Source: Candidatus Thorarchaeota archaeon
Lineage (GTDB): Archaea; Asgardarchaeota; Thorarchaeia; Thorarchaeales; Thorarchaeaceae
Direction: 5' to 3'
Assembly: GCA_003345555.1 (NCBI GenBank)
Contig: PRDJ01000005.1
Coordinates: 1 to 20,323 of the forward strand
Length of the DNA stretch: 20,323 nucleotides
Part shown: one piece after another, positions 13,470 to 20,323 of the stretch
Layout of the letters: every line of letters begins with the position of its first letter
Numbering within the stretch: the first letter of the stretch is position 1
Translations under genes and position numbers: made by a program
The notes under the pieces: model-generated
Told to the model about the DNA's origin: nothing
Seen by the model: the letters and a program-made list of their open reading frames with translations, nothing else
Database searches by the model: none

Positions 13470-15542
13470 ATGAAGGGGACTGTTGTCTTTCTGGTAGTAC
13501 TGCTGTTCGTTACTACTGCGGGTGCACCTGGCGTTCAATCAGCCCTGGGTACGCCAGATGATGGGAAACCGAGATACATTTTCACCTCCACAGAAATGGG
13601 CGTTTACAGGCTGATCACACCTGTTGTCAACGAATCTATCACTGGTTCTCGCGCCATGTCGATGTTCAGCCTACAAAATGTGGTTCACGAGTTTGCCGGA
13701 AAGTACGAGGTGATTGTGGCGAACAGGACGTTCGAAATGGACTCAAGAGACGGCTCTATGTGGTATGCGGACTACTCCAAGCTTTGGAATGTCTCGTCCG
13801 GAAATCAGCTGCCGTCGAAGGATTCCTGCAAGATTATCGCGGATAACTTTCTTGCTCAATTCGGTCTTCTGCCTTCATCCGGTCAGTTCTCGGGCTTCGG
13901 ATCGACCAATGCTACAGGTCATAACCAAGACACCGGAGAGACACGCTCAAAGATACTCCATTATACTGTGAACTACGAGTTCAAGCTAAGTGGCTACCCT
14001 GTGACTGGACCCGGAGCAAAGATATCCATCTCGATCTGCGACGGAGGACAAATCGTCGGCCTTGACTGGAATTGGAGAGAGGTGCAGCTGGAGAAGACTC
14101 TTCCTGTCATCAGTCTCGGTTCGCTCCTTGATGCATATGGTCTCTCGCAGGGCGATGTCAAGAACTACTCTTTAGGCTACTACGCGGGATGCGATGACCA
14201 GTACGACGAATTCTTGTTCCCGGCGTATAGCATCGAGCTGAATGGAAAATCGGGCGATAACGAGTTTGAGACCCCCCTGACTCTTTCTGCCACAACATTC
14301 TCACCTCTTGTTTCAATTCTAACTCCTGCTGACAGCTCATCGTTTGTGCCTGGCCAAGCGGTAAACTTCAGCTGCTCTGTCTCAGGCGGACAGACTCCTT
14401 ACACCTACAACTGGACATCCAATATTGATGGCGTTCTTAGCACCTCTCAGTCATTCTCGATTTCGGATCTATCAGCCGCAAAGAGAAACAACTCCGTCGT
14501 GCCGCATACGGTTACAGTAGTAGTGAGGGACGATAATGGTCTCGTATCTAGCGACTCTATTACTATCACCGTCGCCGCACCGACGCCCGCTTCACCTCTA
14601 GCTATTGCAGGAGTAGTTGGTCTCGTGGTTCTCCTCACAGCAGCGGTTCTGTTACGTAGGCGACGGGGTAAGGCCTTGGCGTTTCTGCCTCTTCTCATGC
14701 TTCTTCCTTTTCTGGCTCTTCTGCCGCTGACATATGCGAATCCTCTTGCAGCAAGCACGAATCCAGCCAACCCTGATTCCACTGTGAGATCCCTTGGAGA
14801 CGATTCTGCCAATGAAGTTGGCATTGAATGGGTCGGACCTTCCGTGGGGCTGCCCAACTCTGGAATCAACAGCGGAGGATTCTACAACTGGCTGGGCGAT
14901 TGGGGCGGCTTCACCTGTGTCTTCAATTGGGGTGACTATGACGCTTGGGAACAGGACTTCAGGTATGTGTCCATCGGAGGAGACGATGTAAACTGGGTTG
15001 ACGCAGTGGACTTCGTATACTATCAAGACCACGGGTGTCCTTGGGGTGTCGAATTCAGTTCCATGCATACGGACACATGGCTGTATCCTACTGAATGCAT
15101 GTGGGGCGACGGCGACCTCGAATGGATTGTCCTCGACGCTTGCAGCCCGTTAGCCTTGGATGACGGTGGCGGTTATGATGTGTTCGAGAGATGGGGTGGG
15201 ACTCTCCAAGGTGTGCACATGATATGTTCGTTTGCGACCGGAAGCCTCAATGTTGAAACAAGAGGAGTGGATTTCGGTATGCACCTGACTGGGTTCCCGT
15301 ATATATTTCCTATGGGAATTACAATGATAGGAGCCCACAGAATAATAGATGTGTGGTTCGCGGCATGTGCTGACACAGAAGGCGATGCATGTTGGGCCGC
15401 AGTTCTTTACTCTACAAAATCAGCCGACCCGTGGAACCCGCAGCTAGACGACCCAATCAATGACTACCTAACTGGCTTTGGGCATGATTGCAACGATCCC
15501 GTACCGGCAAACTGGTGGGCATGGATCGCTAATCAGTGTTGA
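13470..15542 (+). CDS. Membrane-anchored surface protein: signal peptide, N-terminal ectodomain, PKD/Ig-like module, TM-RRRRGK-TM hairpin, C-terminal DUF6345-like domain with His/Cys dyad
   Basis: Signal peptide MKGTVVFLVVLLFVTTAGA; PKD-like VNFSCSVSGGQTPYTYNWTS...HTVTVVVRD; two TMs at about 14596-14750; DAVDFVYYQDHG and WGDGDLEWIVLDAC. GGTG SD before ATG 13470; the track uses TTG 13455. The DUF6345 name comes from motif recall, not a search. Confidence 0.78.
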   Translation: MKGTVVFLVVLLFVTTAGAPGVQSALGTPDDGKPRYIFTSTEMGVYRLITPVVNESITGSRAMSMFSLQNVVHEFAGKYEVIVANRTFEMDSRDGSMWYADYSKLWNVSSGNQLPSKDSCKIIADNFLAQFGLLPSSGQFSGFGSTNATGHNQDTGETRSKILHYTVNYEFKLSGYPVTGPGAKISISICDGGQIVGLDWNWREVQLEKTLPVISLGSLLDAYGLSQGDVKNYSLGYYAGCDDQYDEFLFPAYSIELNGKSGDNEFETPLTLSATTFSPLVSILTPADSSSFVPGQAVNFSCSVSGGQTPYTYNWTSNIDGVLSTSQSFSISDLSAAKRNNSVVPHTVTVVVRDDNGLVSSDSITITVAAPTPASPLAIAGVVGLVVLLTAAVLLRRRRGKALAFLPLLMLLPFLALLPLTYANPLAASTNPANPDSTVRSLGDDSANEVGIEWVGPSVGLPNSGINSGGFYNWLGDWGGFTCVFNWGDYDAWEQDFRYVSIGGDDVNWVDAVDFVYYQDHGCPWGVEFSSMHTDTWLYPTECMWGDGDLEWIVLDACSPLALDDGGGYDVFERWGGTLQGVHMICSFATGSLNVETRGVDFGMHLTGFPYIFPMGITMIGAHRIIDVWFAACADTEGDACWAAVLYSTKSADPWNPQLDDPINDYLTGFGHDCNDPVPANWWAWIANQC

Positions 15543-15775
15543 GGAGCGTCGATGTACGCGGTCCTCCGCGAGGGCTTGACAAAAGGCCGGCGTCGCCGGC
15601 GACCCATTAGGCCGCTTCGATGCTGACACGAGAATCCCTTGTCGGCCGCATCAACCATTCATTATTACAGCGCACTGCCATGCGCACAAGCTGTCGCCAG
15701 GATTATCCGCATCCAACTGCCGCATTCCGGCGGACCGGCTACGAGCGTGCGAAAACCGCTCTTTGGAGCCTAATG
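15543..15775. other. GC-rich structured intergenic region (candidate ncRNA, 3' UTR element or mobile remnant)
   Basis: Long-range CATTAGGC/GCCTAATG (15605-15612/15768-15775); perfect 12-bp palindrome GTCGCCGGCGAC (15592-15603); hairpin GATGCTGACA...TGTCGGCCGCATC; four CCGC(A/T)T copies. Confidence 0.35.
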
Positions 15776-15784
15776 TAGATTGTC

Positions 15785-15837
15785 TTATATGCAGGTTAGT
15801 TAGTGTTGAGAGTTACACAACGAGTGTTGTGCGAGGT
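15785..15837 (+). promoter_or_regulatory. TATA box TTATAT and SD GAGGT of the 15845 gene
   Basis: TTATAT at 15785-15790; GAGGT at 15833-15837, 7 nt before ATG 15845. Confidence 0.55.
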
Positions 15838-15844
15838 AAACAAT

Positions 15845-16183
15845 ATGGCTAGGCCTATTGGTATAACAATACTGGCAATCCTTCAGCTATTGGGAGCCAT
15901 AGTTTGGATCTACATTGGTGCTTTGGCTCTCATGTTAGCCCTCGCGCTGCTTCCACTACTCGCATTCATGGCAGCGATCCCGCTGATTCTAGGGATCATA
16001 GGGCTCATTCTGTTTTATGGTCTCTGGACGCTGAAGGGCTGGGCTTGGATATGGACACTGATAATCAATATCATTCAAGTCATATGGGCATTGTACTCAT
16101 GGGATTTGATTAGCTTAGTCCTTCCTCTGATTATCGTCATATATCTACTCGTGCCCGGCACAAGAGCCGCTTTCAAGCAGTAA
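15845..16183 (+). CDS. Small multi-pass membrane protein with the archaeal RPxGITILAIL N-terminal motif
   Basis: 112 aa, MARPIGITILAILQLLG...GLWTLKGWAW...YLLVPGTRAAF, about four TM helices. ATG 15845 has an SD; the track's start at 15803 is an extension. Confidence 0.8.
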   Translation: MARPIGITILAILQLLGAIVWIYIGALALMLALALLPLLAFMAAIPLILGIIGLILFYGLWTLKGWAWIWTLIINIIQVIWALYSWDLISLVLPLIIVIYLLVPGTRAAFKQ

Positions 16184-16190
16184 AGTACAT

Positions 16191-16250
16191 GGGGTTTTGT
16201 CCCCCAGGGAGTTCTAGGCAGTGCTGCCTAGGACCCTTCTATTTCTTTCA
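16191..16250 (+). terminator. Hairpin(s) plus T-rich tract after the 15845-16183 gene
   Basis: GGGG-ttttgt-CCCC, then GTTCTAGGCA-gtgc-TGCCTAGGAC (16211-16234), followed by TTCTATTTCTTTC. Confidence 0.55.
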
Positions 16251-16349
16251 TGCAACACGGACACAGTGCACTCCTGCTTCCGAGTTACTATCAGCATTAT
16301 GGAGGATTGCCCTAATCAGGTCGGGTGAATCCAATCTGTTGCGGCCCGC

Positions 16350-17297
16350 TCACCTTTGTTTTTCTTTCGGGCTATTCCATTTGGGAAAGACACGAATACC
16401 GCTCATCTTTGCCAACGGAATTGTTTGGTCCTCCCAAAAACCAAAGTTGTCGGCAGCCAACTTGAGATAGGGTATCTCATCGGGGTCAGACTCGAGAAGG
16501 ACTGATACGAAAGCATCGAGATCCAAAGTGCTCTCTGAGCCCCAGGCCAAACCCAAGTCTTCGTGTATTGTCTGATCGCGTGCGGTATTTCCAGGACTGA
16601 CTGCAGTATACACGCCCTCGACAATCCCTTTCACGTGGAACAATGACCTGTAGACCTTGTTGATATCCACTATGCTCTGTGCGAGCAATGAGTCCTGCTT
16701 TCCGTGGTATTTCCATCTCCCCGGGCCGGGAACCATCCCGAAGAGGTTCTTGATTGACAGGCTTGGAGCTGGCGGGTCCAGCAGTAGTCTGAGCTTTGCA
16801 AGACTAAGCAGTGTTCCTCCGCGCAAGTCGTAGAGCCGTTTGGGCACCGCTGAGAGGAAGTCACTAGTGACTAGTGACTTGAACTTTCTCCCGACAAGAG
16901 TCTTGATTTCTTTCGGTTCGGCTATTCGCTTGCCCCATATTTCTTCTGTGATGTTGATGAACTCAACATTGTGCTTCTTGAGGACCTTCCCAATGCCTGA
17001 GTATTCAAGGAACCATCGATCACTTTCGCGGAGATCACCTTTGTTCTTGGAGCCCAGGCCCTTGCCGTCAAGCATCTCTTTGCTTCTTGACCAACCATAG
17101 CTCTCAGTTACTACGACCTTCCCTTCCACATAGTCAAGCACCCAGTCGAGTATCTGTGCCTCGGTGAAAACTGTGGACGTACCCCAGTTCGGTTTTACAA
17201 CGACTGGCGGCTTCAAATTGAGGCCGGACAGAATCCGCTCGAATGCGGCTTCATCGACTCTCTCTTCGAAAAGAACCTTGCCATGTCTCGTCGCCAA
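16350..17297 (-). CDS. DUF362 family protein (divergent, cysteine-free)
   Basis: VVVKPNW, VVVTES, EFINITEE, SIKNLFGMVPG-WKYH, IVDIN, D--LDA; TTG start. Confidence 0.75.
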   Translation of the reverse strand: MATRHGKVLFEERVDEAAFERILSGLNLKPPVVVKPNWGTSTVFTEAQILDWVLDYVEGKVVVTESYGWSRSKEMLDGKGLGSKNKGDLRESDRWFLEYSGIGKVLKKHNVEFINITEEIWGKRIAEPKEIKTLVGRKFKSLVTSDFLSAVPKRLYDLRGGTLLSLAKLRLLLDPPAPSLSIKNLFGMVPGPGRWKYHGKQDSLLAQSIVDINKVYRSLFHVKGIVEGVYTAVSPGNTARDQTIHEDLGLAWGSESTLDLDAFVSVLLESDPDEIPYLKLAADNFGFWEDQTIPLAKMSGIRVFPKWNSPKEKQR

Positions 17298-17596
17298 TCC
17301 CTTCAGACTAGTGGTGCCCTCCGAATGTCACAAGGCAAACTCGAACACAAGATATGTCTTGTGGCTCACTTAGGTGGCACTGACTGACCGGGCGGTGCCA
17401 GAGACACAGCAGCAGATATGGTCCTGATTTGGAGGAGTGGTTCCTATCTCGATCTCCTTGGGGCAGCATTCAATGTAGTGATTTCGCGCAGTCGTCATAA
17501 ATGGGGACGCCTTCTTGGAATGATAGCTTGTTTTCTGCAATGATGTGTTCGGAGGTCTCATAAGGCGGTTTGGCCGGGCACTACCCGTTGATTTGA

Positions 17597-19378
17597 ATGA
17601 CTCAGAAGGAAATGGTTTGGGACCTTACACAGCTTGTCAAAGATAGCAGTGCACCCGCAGTAATCAAGGAGATGGAAGTCGCGGTCACCGACGCTGACAA
17701 ATACCGTCAGAGATACCAAGGGAAGATAGCCAAGCTTCAGACCAAGGATTTGCTTAGGATGATTGAGGAGAAGGACGAGCTTGCTCTAAAATCAGAGGGT
17801 GCCTTCTTGTATGCCCGAGAATCCTACGGAGCCGATTCAACTAGCTCAACCGCAAAGGCCCTTTATGATTCTTACCGCAGGAACTCATCCAAGAAAGGGC
17901 AAATGCTTGCCTTCATGGACGTCGAGTTCGGCAAGGTCTTGGCTGAGAAGTCTTCGCTGGTAAGTGATCCTCTCCTCGCAGAGTACAGGCACCAACTGGA
18001 GTGCCTGTTGACAAGACAACCATACCTGCTTTCTGAGGATCAAGAGAGTCTGGTCATAGTCAAAGACACAAATGGGATTCGTGCTTGGGAGCAGCTGCAG
18101 GGCGACTGGCTTTCCACCCGTTCGTTTGACATAGAGCTTGAAGGACGCGTGAAGTCCCTTCCTTATGGTGAGATTATCGGTCTTTACGAACATGGAGACC
18201 GTGATGTCAGGCGCCGCGCGAATCAGATCGTGTACGAAGAGCTGGGAAAGGACAATATCATTTGGGCTAGTGCACTTCGTTCTATTTGTGCGGACCATCT
18301 CGAGGTGTGCAAGCTCAGAAAGTACCCGTCCTACATGACTCAGAGCTTACTGGCCAACGATGTAGGCCAGAAGACGATCGACTCGTTGATGAAGACGGTC
18401 GAGAGCAACATTGTCCTCTATCGTAGGTACCTGGCCATGAAAGCGAAGATGATGGGGCTTCCCAAGCTCGGAAACTACGACATCATAGCTCCTCTTCCGA
18501 AGGTCCCCGGGAAGGAGTTCACATGGTCGGATGCCAGAGAAGAGATCATTGCCGCCTACATGACTTTTGATGAGCAGATCGGCAACTGGGTTAGAGAGAT
18601 GTTTGAGAAGTATCACGTCGATGCAGAGGTCAGGCAGGGGAAAAGGTCTGGTGCATGGGAAACAGACTACTACGGCGGCAAGACTGGCTTTATTCTGCTC
18701 AGCTTCAACAACAGACTAGGAGATGTGTTCACACTGGCGCATGAAAATGGCCATGCTGTCCATGCACATCTTTCAGCAAGGGCTCAGAAATACAGCAACT
18801 GCGAAGTTGGTTCTTGCGTAGCGGAATGTGGCTCCATATTTGGCGAGCTTCTTCTTGCGGAGCGCCTGTTGTCCCGGACGAAGAACAAACTTGAGAAGCA
18901 AGCGATATTGGCGAAGATACTGGATGAATTTGGGATGACCGTCTTCCAAGTTTCAGCGCGAGTGTTCTTTGAAAAGAGCCTGTACGAAGCCATTGAACGT
19001 GGGACGTTCTTGGACGGTGAGACTGTCTCAAAGTACTGGGTGGCTGCAAGAGACAAAATCTATGGTGAGGCTGTTGATTGGCTGGAAGTAATGAAATGGG
19101 AGTGGACGATGAAGCCACACTACTACCTAGCAAACTACCGGTTCTACAATTATCCCTACGTGTTTGCCCAGCTTTTCGTTTTTGCCCTGTACCGGCTATA
19201 TAAGGAGCAGGGGAAGGCATTTGTTCCGAAGCTCAAGGCTCTTCTCGCCGCAGGGTCCAGCAAATCACCACTTCAGCTTGGCAAAGAAATAGGCTTCGAC
19301 ATCACTGCCGATGATTTCTGGCAGAAGGGGATGGATCAGGCCGCGGAGTTTGTCAAGATGCTGGAACGCATACTGTGA
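17597..19378 (+). CDS. pepF: Oligoendopeptidase F (M3B metallopeptidase)
   Basis: N-terminal WDLTQL, GKRSGAW, HExxH zinc motif TLAHENGHAVH, third ligand VAECGSIFGE, HYY...FYNYPYVF, LAAGSS. Confidence 0.92.
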   Translation: MTQKEMVWDLTQLVKDSSAPAVIKEMEVAVTDADKYRQRYQGKIAKLQTKDLLRMIEEKDELALKSEGAFLYARESYGADSTSSTAKALYDSYRRNSSKKGQMLAFMDVEFGKVLAEKSSLVSDPLLAEYRHQLECLLTRQPYLLSEDQESLVIVKDTNGIRAWEQLQGDWLSTRSFDIELEGRVKSLPYGEIIGLYEHGDRDVRRRANQIVYEELGKDNIIWASALRSICADHLEVCKLRKYPSYMTQSLLANDVGQKTIDSLMKTVESNIVLYRRYLAMKAKMMGLPKLGNYDIIAPLPKVPGKEFTWSDAREEIIAAYMTFDEQIGNWVREMFEKYHVDAEVRQGKRSGAWETDYYGGKTGFILLSFNNRLGDVFTLAHENGHAVHAHLSARAQKYSNCEVGSCVAECGSIFGELLLAERLLSRTKNKLEKQAILAKILDEFGMTVFQVSARVFFEKSLYEAIERGTFLDGETVSKYWVAARDKIYGEAVDWLEVMKWEWTMKPHYYLANYRFYNYPYVFAQLFVFALYRLYKEQGKAFVPKLKALLAAGSSKSPLQLGKEIGFDITADDFWQKGMDQAAEFVKMLERIL

Positions 19379-19435
19379 CCGGTCTGGGTTATGAGAAGAG
19401 GTGAAGCGATTGGCATCTGGGACGAGGGTTGAAGA

Positions 19436-19843
19436 ATGAATAAACAAGAGCTATTCGAGTTCTCTAAGAAATGGCTGGCCACTTGGACGGGCAACAAGCC
19501 AGTCGAGTTGTCAGAATTCTACTCCGAGGATGCGATATACTCCGATCCCGCACACAAGGAAGGGCTTCGCGGGAAGAAGGCAATCCTGTCGTATTTCACA
19601 AACTTACTGGAGGTGTATCATGATTGGAGTTGGGAACCCATCGAGGTCTTTCCGACAGAAGGAGGAATGGCATTGAAGTGGAAGTGTGCTATCCCCGTCG
19701 GAGGCGAAGTCATTCATGAGACCGGGCTCGACATTGTCTTGATTAAAGACGGCAAGATTGCCCGTAATGAAGTCTACTTCGATCGTACGAAACTCGTTGC
19801 GGCTGTTCAGGCCAAAAAGCGGCGTCATGGGTTAATACGGTGA
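19436..19843 (+). CDS. SnoaL-like / NTF2-fold protein
   Basis: W---W-G...FYSEDAIYSDP...GLRGKKAI, GLDIVLIKDGKIARNEVYFD. Confidence 0.85.
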   Translation: MNKQELFEFSKKWLATWTGNKPVELSEFYSEDAIYSDPAHKEGLRGKKAILSYFTNLLEVYHDWSWEPIEVFPTEGGMALKWKCAIPVGGEVIHETGLDIVLIKDGKIARNEVYFDRTKLVAAVQAKKRRHGLIR

Positions 19844-19853
19844 GACTTTCCAA

Positions 19854-20323
19854 CTACAGTCTGAGCCAATCAAGAATCGCCTGATTGAACTCGAGAGGCT
19901 TCTCCAGCATTAGTGCATGTCCTGCTTGCGGTATGACCCGCAATTCGGATTCAACGATCTTCTCATGAAGGTAGTTCGCGTACTTTGCCGGTGTCATGAT
20001 GTCGCTGTCGCCTACTAGAATCAAGCTGCGCAACGATATCTTTGCCACTTCCTCCATCATGTCGAAGGAGTTGCAGACCTCAAAATCCCGTCGTATAATG
20101 TGTGTTGGACACTTCCTGGCCTCGTCCTGCGAAGCATCAACGATTGTCTTCGGAGTGTTTTCATGGAACATGAACTTGGGTATCGCGTCGAAGTATGCAT
20201 TTGGGTCATTGTCAAGGAAATCGAAGATCAGGGGCGCTACTCTTAATCGAGCGCCCGTTCCCACTAAGACCAGACCACTAATCTTTGCCGGGTTCCTGAG
20301 AGCGTACAACTGAGCTAGAGCTC
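19854..20323 (-). CDS. Alpha/beta hydrolase, C-terminal part; start lies beyond the right edge
   Basis: The frame stays open to the window end and reads (G)ALAQLYALRNP, the helix after the GxSxG nucleophile elbow. It continues GLVLVGTG, LILVGDSD (acid) and IPQAGHALMLE (catalytic His). Confidence 0.87.
   Translation of the reverse strand, partial: ALAQLYALRNPAKISGLVLVGTGARLRVAPLIFDFLDNDPNAYFDAIPKFMFHENTPKTIVDASQDEARKCPTHIIRRDFEVCNSFDMMEEVAKISLRSLILVGDSDIMTPAKYANYLHEKIVESELRVIPQAGHALMLEKPLEFNQAILDWLRL

Noticed and set aside
15543-15775. SRP RNA, RNase P RNA or tRNA in the GC-rich intergenic region
   Set aside because: I found no SRP helix-8 motif, no GAGGAAAGUCC RNase P motif and no cloverleaf/TTCG arm arrangement on either strand.
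15803-15844. Upstream start extension of the small membrane protein
   Set aside because: The TATA and the GAGGT SD point to ATG 15845, where the conserved RPxG motif begins.
17346-17363. Palindrome as a CRISPR repeat
   Set aside because: Single copy; no regularly spaced repeats or cas genes in the window.
17597-20323. pepF, SnoaL-like protein and alpha/beta hydrolase as a novel system
   Set aside because: All are common housekeeping-type families with intact canonical motifs. The hydrolase is convergent and truncated by the window edge, and nothing links them functionally.

Overview
The window looks like gene-dense archaeal chromosomal DNA: TATA boxes, GGTGA/GGAGG Shine-Dalgarno motifs and several TTG starts. 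The gene content (SCP2, FixC/GGR-like flavoprotein plus ferredoxin, paired Zn-ribbon membrane proteins, DUF362) resembles Asgard archaea such as Thorarchaeia, but that assignment is inference. I call 19 protein-coding genes, two cut by the window edges; the M24 peptidase N-terminus at the left edge is missing from the ORF track. I saw no tRNA, rRNA, CRISPR array, transposase or integrase. The main observations are: (1) a candidate glycolipid or steryl-glycoside turnover module made of an SCP2 lipid carrier, a DMT transporter, a PIG-L deacetylase, a Gfo/Idh/MocA dehydrogenase and an EGCrP-like GH5. (2) An unannotated decayed second copy of the flavoprotein 3' end plus ferredoxin at 11473-11715, which has lost 7 of 8 cluster cysteines; it and the intact copy bracket an AT-richer DUF1846 gene. 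(3) A surface protein with ectodomain, PKD-like module, a TM-RRRR-TM hairpin and a DUF6345-like domain carrying a clan-CD-like His-Gly/Ala-Cys dyad. (4) A tandem pair of paralogous Zn-ribbon membrane proteins. (5) Several long imperfect inverted repeats in intergenic DNA.
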